DNA of 42,237 bases from a virus (taxonomy: Duplodnaviria > Caudoviricetes). The stretch spans positions 1 through 42,237 of the IMG/VR virus record IMGVR_UViG_3300032008_000010, one strand, 5' to 3'. A model generated the notes under the pieces. That model searched no databases, had not been told where the DNA came from, and saw nothing but the letters and a program-made list of their open reading frames with translations. A program made the translations under genes and the position numbers. Positions 1 to 9,015 of this stretch are shown piece after piece (within the stretch, counting starts at the first letter, position 1; each line of letters begins with the position of its first letter).

Positions 1-2
1 GG

Positions 3-1304
3 CTGCCCGGCCGCCGCATAGCCCAGGGGCCAGTCCCGCCGCTGCCCGCCGCGCCCGCAGCCAGCCAGCCCCGCCGCCGGCCCTGGGTGTCCCGCCGGCA
101 GCCCCGGCACCTGCCCGGCATCCCGCAGATAGGCGCAGGCGGCCAGCCGATCCCGGCGGCCAGCGCCCGGCCCCGCCGGCTGCCGTGGGTGAGGCCGCGC
201 CAGCCGGTAGCCCAGCCCGCCCCGGCCCAGTTCGGTCCTGGCGCTGGCCCGTCCCGGCCTGCCGCGCCACCTCACCGGCAGGTGTTCCGCTGGTGGCCGC
301 TGCGCTCCGCCATCCGCAGCGCCGTCCCCCCGCAGGCTGGAGCCGGCGGGCAGCCGATGCCGCAGCAGGGGCCACGGCACCGGCTCCGCTATCTGCGGAA
401 GCCGAGCCGGTCCTACTTCCCGCCGCCGAGCCCGACGAATACGCCGGGCACAGCCGTCCCCGCGCCAGTCGCGGCCAGGCCGAGGAGGCTGCCGTGGGTC
501 CGCTACCGCAACCCGACGTCGGTCGTTCCGGGGCCGACCGTCGCGCCTGCCATCGCCGCCCCGCCGGGCGTCCAGCGGCCGAGGCGGCTGATCCTGCCGC
601 GCCGCGCCACGCCGCCGCAGCCTGTCCCCTGGCGGCAGCCCGGAGCCGCGCAGCCCCACCAGCGGCGGCTCGGGCGGTGGCGGCCCGGCCCTCCCCGACG
701 CCCCCAGCAGGTGCCCTACAGCCAGGAGGTCTACCAGCCGTTGCCCGCGCCTGGGATGCCGCGCCGCAGGCCGCTGCCCTGGCCGCTGCCGCGACGTGCA
801 GCCGCAGCCCTCCGCCAGCCTGCCCCGCTGCCAGCGCCAGCATCGGCGGTAAACCGGAGGTTTACCTGGGTCCGCCCGAGGCGGCCCTCCGCCGGGCTGC
901 CGAAGGTCCCGCCGGCCGCCCTGCCACCGACAGCGCAGCGGCCGAGGAGGCTGCCGTGGCGGCCGAGACGCTCCCCCGTCTATCCCTATGCGCCGCCGAA
1001 GCCGCCGCCGCCTGCCCCGCCAGCGCCCATCGGACCCCGGCCGCGCCGCTGGCTGCCGTCCGGGTGGCTCCGCCGGCTGTGGCCATCGCAGCCGCCGCCG
1101 CCGAAACAGGTGCCCCCATCGGACCAGCTATTCGGCCTCGCCGCGCTCCCGGCGCACTCCTGGTGGGCGGCGCTGCCAGCCGCCGCCGCGCCGTTCGCCG
1201 CCGGGCCGCCATCGCCGTCCGGGATGGGTGCGCTCGCCCCGCACGGCCGCTGGGGTGCGCTGCCACCGCACGGCGGGTCGATGCCCGGCTCCCCGCATGG
1301 CTAG
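3..1304 (+). CDS. Pro/Arg/Trp-rich repeat protein, 5'-truncated; probable virion-associated protein
   Basis: Frame of ORF 87..1304 is open back to base 3 (LPGRRIAQGPVPP...). High GC at third codon positions and a recurring RPRRLPW-like motif support coding. Ends just before the RBS of the next gene. Confidence 0.65.
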   Translation: MPGRRIAQGPVPPLPAAPAASQPRRRPWVSRRQPRHLPGIPQIGAGGQPIPAASARPRRLPWVRPRQPVAQPAPAQFGPGAGPSRPAAPPHRQVFRWWPLRSAIRSAVPPQAGAGGQPMPQQGPRHRLRYLRKPSRSYFPPPSPTNTPGTAVPAPVAARPRRLPWVRYRNPTSVVPGPTVAPAIAAPPGVQRPRRLILPRRATPPQPVPWRQPGAAQPHQRRLGRWRPGPPRRPQQVPYSQEVYQPLPAPGMPRRRPLPWPLPRRAAAALRQPAPLPAPASAVNRRFTWVRPRRPSAGLPKVPPAALPPTAQRPRRLPWRPRRSPVYPYAPPKPPPPAPPAPIGPRPRRWLPSGWLRRLWPSQPPPPKQVPPSDQLFGLAALPAHSWWAALPAAAAPFAAGPPSPSGMGALAPHGRWGALPPHGGSMPGSPHG

Positions 1305-1328
1305 CTACGATCCTGGCAGGAGGGCGAC

Positions 1329-1646
1329 ATGCTGATCGAGGTCGGATCAACCCAGTACGTCAGCATCCCCATCGACACCCCGGCCGGGCTCGACCCGACC
1401 GGCTATGTGGTGAAGATGGCGATCATCCCGCAGTCGCAGGCGCAGCCTGGCGGCGGCGACTGGTTTGCCGCCTCCTGGCTGGCCCCCTATCCGGGGGCGG
1501 CGAAGGAGGTGACGGCGCTCATCAACTCCGCGAGCTACACCCCCGGCGAGTACACCGCGTTCGTCCAGATCACGGCCTCCCCGGAGACGCTCGTGCTGCG
1601 GAGCGGCCCGATCCGGTTCGGTGACGCCCGGCCCGCATCGACCTAG
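1329..1646 (+). CDS. Small beta-sandwich (BppU N-terminal-like) phage structural protein
   Basis: RBS GGCAGGAGGG before ATG. STQYVSIPI...DPT...DW...W...GEYTAFVQI pattern resembles small Ig-like actinophage virion proteins. Confidence 0.6.
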   Translation: MLIEVGSTQYVSIPIDTPAGLDPTGYVVKMAIIPQSQAQPGGGDWFAASWLAPYPGAAKEVTALINSASYTPGEYTAFVQITASPETLVLRSGPIRFGDARPAST

Positions 1647-1647
1647 C

Positions 1648-1743
1648 ATGGTCGCGTGCGCCATCATCGGGATCATCACCAGCCTGCCCGCCGCCGCCGC
1701 CGTGGCCTTCTGCGCCTGGGCTCGGCATGAGCGTCGCAGGTGA
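1648..1743 (+). CDS. 31-aa single-TM microprotein (MVACAIIGIITSLPAAAAVAFCAWARHERRR)
   Basis: Translated by hand. Fills the gap between 1646 and the terminase, overlapping its start. Hydrophobic helix followed by a basic tail. Confidence 0.4.
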   Translation: MVACAIIGIITSLPAAAAVAFCAWARHERRR

Positions 1744-3361
1744 CTGGTTTGTCCCCTGGCAGGAGTACGCCGCCCAGCAGTTCGAGGTCCGCGAACGCCG
1801 GTATCCGATGCCCGGCGATCTCGCCCGGACGCTGGATATCATCACCGCCGGCTCGCCGGCTCTCGACCTCATCGACGACGCCCTGCTGCGCCTCGTCTCC
1901 GACCCCGACCGGGATGCCCTCGCCGTGTTCATGCCACCGCAGGAGGGCAAGAGCCAGCGGTGCTCCCGGCGGTTCCCGGAGTGGCTCCTCGACCATCAGC
2001 CGGGCCTGCGGATCGCCATCGTCTCCTACGAGCAGGATTTGGCTGCCCGCTGGGGCCGGGAGATCAAAAACGATGTCGCGATCAACCACTGCCAGCGCGG
2101 CCCCGCCTGCTCCGATGAGGACTGCTCCCGGCTGCATATCGACATCAGGGCTGACAGCCGCGCAGCGGCCCGCTGGGAAACCCCGCAGGGTGGCGGCATC
2201 TACTGCGTCGGGATCGGCGGCGCGCTGACCGGCCGGCCCGTTGACATCCTCATCATCGACGACCCGGTGAAGGACCGCGCTGCGGCGGAGAGCAAAACGA
2301 TCCGCGACGCGACCTGGGACTGGTGGGAGTCGGTCGCGCTGACCCGCCTCGCCCCCGGCGCGAAGGTTCTGCTTATCCAGACGAGGTGGCATGAGGATGA
2401 CCTCGCCGGGCGGATCGCTGCCAGGCCGAGCCCGCTCCGCTGGGAGACCGTCAAAATCCCGGCGATAGCTGTCGCAGGAGACGCCCTCGGCCGGGAGCCG
2501 GGTGAGGAGCTAGCGTCCGTCCGGGGCCGCCGGCCCGGCCATTTCCGCAACCTGCAAGCGACTATGTCGCCGTACACGTTCTCGGGGGTCTACCAGCAGG
2601 AGCCGACAGCGGCGGAGGGCAACTTCTTCCGCCGGCCGAGCTTCCGCTACTGGCGGCCGGGGGAGCCGTGGCGGGACGGCCGGGAGCGGATCATGTGCGA
2701 GGGGCAGGCTGTGACCATCTCCGACTGCTGGATGTTCGCGACGATGGACCTGGCGGTCAGCAGCAGGACGTCCGCCGACTACACGGTCTGCGCTGTCTGG
2801 GCCGTCTCCCCGGCCGGGGATCTGATCCTGATGGACCGGCAGCGGGAGCGGATCGAGATGCACGACCATTTCGGCATGGTCGCGTCGCTAGAGACCACCT
2901 GGCGTTTCACGACGCTGTATGTCGAGAATCAGTGGATCGCCTCCTCCGTCGTCCGCGACGCCCAGGCCGCCGGGGTGCCCGTCGCCGGGCTGAAGGCCGA
3001 CGCGGACAAGGTGACCCGGGCGGTCCCGGCTGCCGGGCGCATCCACGCCGGCCGGGTATGGTTCCCGGCGGAAACGTCGGGCTGCCTCTGCGGCAACTGC
3101 CCTGGCGGCGTCTGGCTGGATGAGTGGTGTGATGAACTGGCGGCGTTCCCGCAGGCGGGCACCCACGACGATCAGGTCGATGTCCTCGCCTATGCGGCCA
3201 GGGTGATGACGATGGACTGGGTTCCGGCGAAGCAGCAGCCGAGGCCGCAGGCGTTGACCGCCCATGAGCGGTCGCTGCGGCAGGCCGCTGATGCGGCTAC
3301 GGGCCGGATCGGCTCCAGCAGGGCGGGCGGGGAACTCGACATCATGAACGTCCCGCTATAG
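1727..3361 (+). CDS. terL: Terminase large subunit
   Basis: Walker A-like MPPQEGKS, Walker B ILIIDDPVKD, IQTRWHEDDLAG motif, C-terminal nuclease motifs DLAVS..DYTV and HDDQVD. Confidence 0.95.
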   Translation: MSVAGDWFVPWQEYAAQQFEVRERRYPMPGDLARTLDIITAGSPALDLIDDALLRLVSDPDRDALAVFMPPQEGKSQRCSRRFPEWLLDHQPGLRIAIVSYEQDLAARWGREIKNDVAINHCQRGPACSDEDCSRLHIDIRADSRAAARWETPQGGGIYCVGIGGALTGRPVDILIIDDPVKDRAAAESKTIRDATWDWWESVALTRLAPGAKVLLIQTRWHEDDLAGRIAARPSPLRWETVKIPAIAVAGDALGREPGEELASVRGRRPGHFRNLQATMSPYTFSGVYQQEPTAAEGNFFRRPSFRYWRPGEPWRDGRERIMCEGQAVTISDCWMFATMDLAVSSRTSADYTVCAVWAVSPAGDLILMDRQRERIEMHDHFGMVASLETTWRFTTLYVENQWIASSVVRDAQAAGVPVAGLKADADKVTRAVPAAGRIHAGRVWFPAETSGCLCGNCPGGVWLDEWCDELAAFPQAGTHDDQVDVLAYAARVMTMDWVPAKQQPRPQALTAHERSLRQAADAATGRIGSSRAGGELDIMNVPL

Positions 3362-3363
3362 GC

Positions 3364-3538
3364 GACACGCGGTCCCACCTGCCGGGACGCCGGCGGCTGC
3401 GCTCAGGCGCGTAGCGTCGTCAGGGCCAGCGCGGAGATGCACCTCCTGCCGGCACCCGGAAATGCGGCCCGGCGTCCTGCCCCCCGTCAGGATCAGCCGG
3501 GCCGCGCCCGCTGATCCTGAGCGTGCTCCTCGCGTGTC
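3364..3538. ncRNA. Candidate structured RNA or DNA element in the terL-portal intergenic region
   Basis: Nested perfect stems: 3364-3371/3531-3538, 3385-3393/3469-3477 and 3487-3497/3510-3520, plus smaller internal hairpins. No convincing ORF. Confidence 0.4.
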
Positions 3539-3595
3539 TTGGCCCATTGCCCAGCCCGCGCTCTGCGCTGGTGCGTTATCCTCGCCGCCAGGGAG

Positions 3596-5881
3596 ATGAC
3601 CCTGGCCAAGGTCTCCTCATCCTCCGAGCGTCGCGGAGCGCGTGCCTTGGCTGCTGGATCGGGTGCCCCGACCCGCGACATCGGCACGCCCGATCTCTAC
3701 TACGGGACATGGGGGCAGGGGCTCCTCACCGACTGGTGGGAAACCACCGCCGACCTGATCTGGCCGCAGTCGGTGATCACCTATGGGCGGATGCGCCACG
3801 ACCCCCAGTTGCGCGGCATCGTCTCGGCGTACATCCTGCCGATCATCCGCGCCGCCTGGCTCGTCGATCCCGCCGGCTGCCGCGATGAGGTCGCCCAGTT
3901 CGTCGCCACCGACCTCGGTATCCCCGTCCTCGGTGCCGAGGAGGATGCCATCGATCAGGCCGCCCGCGTCCGGGGGGTCCGCTGGCGGAAGCACATAGCG
4001 TCGGCCGCGTACAACCATCTGGTCTACGGCCACATGCCCTACGAACTGCGCTACCGGATCGACGAGCCGCAGCCCGGCGGCGTCCATCTCGACCATCTGG
4101 GCGAGCGGATGCCCTGGACGCTGGCGCAGATCCATCTCGGCCAGGACGGCCTCATCCAGGAGGTCGTCCAGACGACCCAGCAGCAGCCGATCCCCGCGAA
4201 CCGGCTGATCTGGTATGTGCATGACCGGGAGGGGTCCAACTGGGCGGGGATCAGCCTGCTCCGCGCCTGCTTCGGCCTCTGGCTGCTGAAGCATGAGACG
4301 ATGCGCGTTCACGCCTCCGCGATCCGCCGGTTCGGGATGGGTGTCCCGGAGGTCACCGCGCCGCCCGGAGCCTCCCAGTTGCAGGTGCAGTCCGCCAGCG
4401 ACCTCGCGAGCGCCTACCGGGCTGGGGATCAGAGCGGCATCGGCCTCCCCGCCGGGTTCCAGTTCAATCTCCGGGGGATGCAGGGGTCCGTCCCCGATGG
4501 GCTGGCGTTCCTCAAATGGATCGACCAGGCGATGGCGAAGATGGCGCTGGCGGGGCTCGTCGAGCTAGGGCATACCGACAACGGGTCGCGGGCGCTGGGC
4601 GAGACGTTCATGGATCTGTTTCTCCTCGCCTTGCAGTCCGTCGCGGATGATCTGGCGGATACGGCGACGACCGGGCAGGAGGGGATGCCGGGCGTCGCCG
4701 CCGACCTGGTGTTGCAGAACTGGGGTGAGGACGAGCCGGTCCCGAAGATCATGTGCGCGGATGTCGGGGAGAACTATGAGGCGACCGCCGAGTCGCTGGC
4801 CAAGCTGACCCAGTTCGGTGCGCTGTCCCCCGACCCGGCGCTGGACGGCTGGATCAGGGAGCGGTGGCGGCTGCCAGACCGGGAGATCGCCTGGGAGCCG
4901 ACCAGCCGTGGCATCCCCGCCCCCGGCGAGCCCGCCGGCCCGGTTGAGACGATCCCCGGCGAACCGGAGATCAGCGGGCTGCCTGAGACTGCTCCCCTGC
5001 CGCAGAGCACGGCTGCGGGGAGGGGCGGCACGCGGGCGCGGCGGAGGCCAGGTGCCCCCAGGCGTGCCGCCGCCGCCGCTCCCGCGCTGCTCTCCCCCCT
5101 CCCGCGCAGGCAGCCGAACAAATGGGAGATAGCCGCCGGGTTCGACGCCGCCGGCCATCAGCGGGCATGGGTCGATGCGCTGGCATCGCTCGTCGCCGCC
5201 TATAGGCCGGTCCTCGCCTCCCAGCGGCACAGCCTCGTCGATCAGATCATCGCCGCGATCAGCAAGGGGCAGACGGGGAAGCTGGGCGCGCTGAAAGTCA
5301 CCGACCTGGGCCAGGATGTCGTCGCCCAGGCGCTCGGCCCGGCGTGCCAGGCGGCTATCACGGCGATCAGCCGCGAGGCGCAGGGCCAGGGCGTGACCGT
5401 CCCGCCAGACCGGGTGAAGTTCCCGCAGGCGAAGCTGACCCGGATCGCGCAGGCGCGGACGGGGCTGATCGGCGCATGGCAGGCGACGCAGGCGGGCACC
5501 CACGCGTTGCAGATGGTCACCGCAGCCGGCCCGGCGGATGCGAGCCGCGCCGGCTCAGCCACCGACCAGTTCCTCGCCGGCCTGTCCGACCGGACGCTGT
5601 GGGATCAGCTAGGCGCGGCGCTGACAGCAGCGCAGAACGCCGGGCGGATGAGTTTCCTCGACGCAGCCCCGGAGGCCGCCGGCACAGCTATGTATGTGGC
5701 GAGCGAGATCAACGACCAGAACGAGTGCACGCCCTGCTCCGACATCGACGGGACGACATTCGACTCCGTCCAGGCGGCAGGCGACGCCTACCCGAATGGC
5801 GGCTACCTGTACTGCGAGGGCGGGATGCGCTGCCGTGGGACGGTCATCGCGATCTGGGGAGGCGAGCCGAACCTTGGCTGA
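3596..5881 (+). CDS. Portal protein (Mu gp29/DUF935-like) fused to a C-terminal MuF-like head morphogenesis domain
   Basis: Follows terL. Portal motifs G.SLLRACF..W..K, RFGMGVP and GSRALG. C-terminal CTPC..IDG...CEGGMRCRG Cys pattern is MuF-like. Start at ATG 3596 is a best guess within ORF 3539..5881. Confidence 0.85.
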   Translation: MTLAKVSSSSERRGARALAAGSGAPTRDIGTPDLYYGTWGQGLLTDWWETTADLIWPQSVITYGRMRHDPQLRGIVSAYILPIIRAAWLVDPAGCRDEVAQFVATDLGIPVLGAEEDAIDQAARVRGVRWRKHIASAAYNHLVYGHMPYELRYRIDEPQPGGVHLDHLGERMPWTLAQIHLGQDGLIQEVVQTTQQQPIPANRLIWYVHDREGSNWAGISLLRACFGLWLLKHETMRVHASAIRRFGMGVPEVTAPPGASQLQVQSASDLASAYRAGDQSGIGLPAGFQFNLRGMQGSVPDGLAFLKWIDQAMAKMALAGLVELGHTDNGSRALGETFMDLFLLALQSVADDLADTATTGQEGMPGVAADLVLQNWGEDEPVPKIMCADVGENYEATAESLAKLTQFGALSPDPALDGWIRERWRLPDREIAWEPTSRGIPAPGEPAGPVETIPGEPEISGLPETAPLPQSTAAGRGGTRARRRPGAPRRAAAAAPALLSPLPRRQPNKWEIAAGFDAAGHQRAWVDALASLVAAYRPVLASQRHSLVDQIIAAISKGQTGKLGALKVTDLGQDVVAQALGPACQAAITAISREAQGQGVTVPPDRVKFPQAKLTRIAQARTGLIGAWQATQAGTHALQMVTAAGPADASRAGSATDQFLAGLSDRTLWDQLGAALTAAQNAGRMSFLDAAPEAAGTAMYVASEINDQNECTPCSDIDGTTFDSVQAAGDAYPNGGYLYCEGGMRCRGTVIAIWGGEPNLG

Positions 5882-8078
5882 TCTCGCGACTCTCCCCGGC
5901 GTCGATATCGTCGCGGCTGGCACCTGGCAGCTTTCCACCGGCCCGGCGACATTCACGACCGCCGACCTGGAGGCGGCCATCGAGGCGGCTGCCTGCCCGG
6001 CGGTCGGCAACCCGATCATCAAGATCGGCCACACCGATGAGCGGTTCGATGGGGAGCCGGCGCTCGGCCAGGTCACGAACATGGCCCTCGCCGCCGGCGG
6101 GTCGAAGATCCGGGGCGACCTGGCGGGGATGCCCGGCTGGCTCGCGGAGATCGCCCCGTCCGCCTATCCGCAGCGGTCCGTCGAGGGCCAGTACAACCTC
6201 AAGTGCTCCATCGGCCACACCCATCCGTTTGTGATCACGGCCCTGGCACTGCTGGGCGTGACCCCGCCGGGCGTCGGTGTCCTCTCCGGGCTCGACGGCA
6301 TAGCGGCCCTGTATGAGGTGGACGCGATGATGGGCCGGCTGGCCGCTCCGCAGGGCCGGCCGGGCAGCGGAGATCCCTGGCAACTCACTCTCGCCGCAGG
6401 AGGCACTCCCATGCCCGATCCGAAGGCCGCAGGCGTCACCACCGAGGATGTGCGCCGCGCCTACTACGCGTCAGATGGCGTGCCGCTGTCGTACTGGATC
6501 ACTGAGATGCAGATGGACCCCTCCCAGTTGATCGTCTGCGATGAGGCCAGCGACACGCTGTACCGGGTGCCGTTCACCATCGGCAAGGGCGGCTCCATCT
6601 CGTTCTCCGACCCGGTGAAAGTCCAGGTCGAATACCTGGACGTGGCCGCGTCCAGGCGCAGCGGCATGGTGCTCGTCTTCGCATCCAGGGCCGACTCGCG
6701 GCATGGCATCGCCGCAGCCGCCGGCTGGGACGGCGGGGCGGCGGTCAAGAACCTGGGCGACAACCCGCCGGCGTCGAAGCTGAAGGCGATGTTCGCCCTC
6801 CCCGGCGCGACCAAATCCGACTCCAAGCTGCCCCACCACGAGTGCTCCACGAGCGGGGTTGTGGGCGCGGCGAACGACACGGCCTGCTCGGCGGCCATCG
6901 GCGCGATCAACGGCGGCCGGGGCGGCGTCAAGGGGGTAGGCGGGGCGGCGCTGAAAACGGCGTACAACCATCTGGCGGCGCACCTGCGGGCGGATGGCAA
7001 GACTCCCCCGGACTACTCCGGGCCGGCGGCGAGCGCGGCGGACTCCCTGGCCTTCTACCGGGCGGTGCGGGCCGCCGCCGGCGACGCCGACGAGGATGTC
7101 GATGACCTGCTCGCCTCCCTCGACGCCGTGCTGGATCAGGCGTCCGCGCTGGCGGAGCAGACCGACTCCGAGACGCTCCCAGCGGACGCGGCGCAGGTCA
7201 TGGATCTGGTGACCGCCGCTGAGGCCATCGTGGACCAGTTGATGGACAAGCTGGGCGTGTTCGACCCGGACGACACCGACGCCGATGAGGTAGCCGCCCG
7301 CCTCGCCGCTGCCGCGCAGGGGACGCCATCGAATACGACGAGCCCGAGTGGCAATCCCGGCGGCAACGACGGCGGCGGCCAGGCCGAGCCGGCCAATCAG
7401 GGAGCGGTCGAGGGCCACGGCCCGATGACCACCGACTCGCACACCCACCCGCACTCCGCCTATGGGGCGCAGGGCGGCGATGCGACGCACAGCCATGCGC
7501 ACGGCCACGACGGCGACAACAACCATAACCCGGCCGGGGACGGCCATCCACACTCCGCAAGCGGTGCGGGGCCAACAGGTAGAGGAGACGCTGACATGGA
7601 TCTGTCGGCAGAGCAGATGACCGCGCTGCGGGCAAGCCTGGGTCTGAAGGACGACGACCCGGAACTGACCCCGGAGCGGCTGATCGAACTCGTCGCGGCA
7701 GCGGCCGAGGCGGGCAAGGCTGCGGCCAAGGGGATGCCGCCGGGCGTGGTCGTCCTCGACCAGGCCGAGTATGACCAGCTGGCCGCGCAGGTGCAGCAGG
7801 GCGTCAAGGCGCACACGCGGATGCTCGCCTCCGACCGGGAGGAGGCGCTCGCCGCCGCCGTCCGGGCCGGCAAGTTCTCCGCCTCGCGGATGGATCACTG
7901 GCGGGGCGTCTGGGATGCGAACCCGGAGGGGACCGCGAAGGTGCTCGCCGGGCTGACGCCAGGCGTCGTCCCAGTAGGCGACATCGGCTCGCTCGGCGGC
8001 CCGGAGACCGACGAGGACTGGGACCCGGCGTTCGCCCGCCTGTTCCCGCAGTCCTACTCCCGCGAGCCCGCCAAATAG
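5874..8078 (+). CDS. Mu gpI-like prohead protease/scaffold polyprotein
   Basis: N-terminal VDIVAAGTW...IKIGH...GEPALG...YPQRSVE...ALALLG..PPGV protease pattern and helical scaffold-like C-terminus. TTG start at 5874 overlaps the portal stop. Confidence 0.8.
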   Translation: MADLATLPGVDIVAAGTWQLSTGPATFTTADLEAAIEAAACPAVGNPIIKIGHTDERFDGEPALGQVTNMALAAGGSKIRGDLAGMPGWLAEIAPSAYPQRSVEGQYNLKCSIGHTHPFVITALALLGVTPPGVGVLSGLDGIAALYEVDAMMGRLAAPQGRPGSGDPWQLTLAAGGTPMPDPKAAGVTTEDVRRAYYASDGVPLSYWITEMQMDPSQLIVCDEASDTLYRVPFTIGKGGSISFSDPVKVQVEYLDVAASRRSGMVLVFASRADSRHGIAAAAGWDGGAAVKNLGDNPPASKLKAMFALPGATKSDSKLPHHECSTSGVVGAANDTACSAAIGAINGGRGGVKGVGGAALKTAYNHLAAHLRADGKTPPDYSGPAASAADSLAFYRAVRAAAGDADEDVDDLLASLDAVLDQASALAEQTDSETLPADAAQVMDLVTAAEAIVDQLMDKLGVFDPDDTDADEVAARLAAAAQGTPSNTTSPSGNPGGNDGGGQAEPANQGAVEGHGPMTTDSHTHPHSAYGAQGGDATHSHAHGHDGDNNHNPAGDGHPHSASGAGPTGRGDADMDLSAEQMTALRASLGLKDDDPELTPERLIELVAAAAEAGKAAAKGMPPGVVVLDQAEYDQLAAQVQQGVKAHTRMLASDREEALAAAVRAGKFSASRMDHWRGVWDANPEGTAKVLAGLTPGVVPVGDIGSLGGPETDEDWDPAFARLFPQSYSREPAK

Positions 8079-8113
8079 CCCTGCCCGGCGCGAGCTAGCG
8101 AGAGGAGGCGAGG

Positions 8114-8518
8114 ATGCCCGACTATACGGCCGTCTACGGCCCCTCCAAGGTCGTCACGCTGACCGCCTCCGGGGCGATCAGCGGCGGCGATGTGCTGGAG
8201 ATCGCCGGGTCGGGGACGGTGCGGAAGTGCCAGACGCTCCGGTCGATGAACTACATCGGCTGCGCCGCCGACGACACCGTGACCGGCGGCCGGGTGACCG
8301 TGTTCTCACGCGGCTACATCCATGAGTCCATCGCTGACGGCGCGATCACCGCCGGCGACCAGTTGGTCACATCCGCGACCGCCGGGCGGCAGGTGGTCAC
8401 CCTCCCGCCGCTGGGCGGCGCACCCGGCCAGGCGGATGTCAACGCGGCGAGAGCCATCATCGGCGTCGCCCTAACCACTGTCGCGGACAACACCAAGGTC
8501 CGCTGGATGGAGTTCTGA
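8114..8518 (+). CDS. Capsid decoration/cement protein (DUF2190-like), paralog 1
   Basis: RBS GAGGAGG. Between scaffold and major capsid. ASGAI..GD...IG.A..D...G..VTV...AITAGD pattern. Confidence 0.75.
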   Translation: MPDYTAVYGPSKVVTLTASGAISGGDVLEIAGSGTVRKCQTLRSMNYIGCAADDTVTGGRVTVFSRGYIHESIADGAITAGDQLVTSATAGRQVVTLPPLGGAPGQADVNAARAIIGVALTTVADNTKVRWMEF

Positions 8519-8519
8519 G

Positions 8520-8969
8520 ATGGGCGACTACACGCCGCCGTACATCATCGGAGAGGTTGCGACCTCGACGGCGAGCGCGGCGATCACAGGCGGCGCGCTC
8601 CTGGTCGTCTCCGGGAACGGCACGGTCGCGCCGTTCACCCCAGGCGCGACCCCGGCGCAGAACATCATCGGGGTAGCTGCGGCCGATGCGACCAGCGGCA
8701 GCCGGGTCACGTTCTATGGGCGCGGCCCGCAGCACGAGTCCATCGCTGACGGCTCCATCACCGCCGGCGACCAGCTTGTCTCCGCTACCAACGCCGGCCG
8801 GCAGGTTCGCACCCTCGCCCCCAGCGCGGGAGACCTGGGCGCGGCATTCAACCAGGCCACCGACAACACGGTCCTGAACCTGGCCGTCAACAACGCCCGC
8901 TCCATCCTGGGCGTCGCCCTGACCACCGCCACGGACAACACGAAGGTCCGCTGGATGATATTCGCCTGA
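8520..8969 (+). CDS. Capsid decoration/cement protein (DUF2190-like), paralog 2
   Basis: Shares HESIADG.ITAGDQLV...AGRQV.TL.P and GVALTT..DNTKVRWM with paralog 1. Confidence 0.75.
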   Translation: MGDYTPPYIIGEVATSTASAAITGGALLVVSGNGTVAPFTPGATPAQNIIGVAAADATSGSRVTFYGRGPQHESIADGSITAGDQLVSATNAGRQVRTLAPSAGDLGAAFNQATDNTVLNLAVNNARSILGVALTTATDNTKVRWMIFA

Positions 8970-9015
8970 GCCGCCCCGGCGGCCCATGCCCTAGAGGAAC
9001 GAGAAGGAGCCGGAA

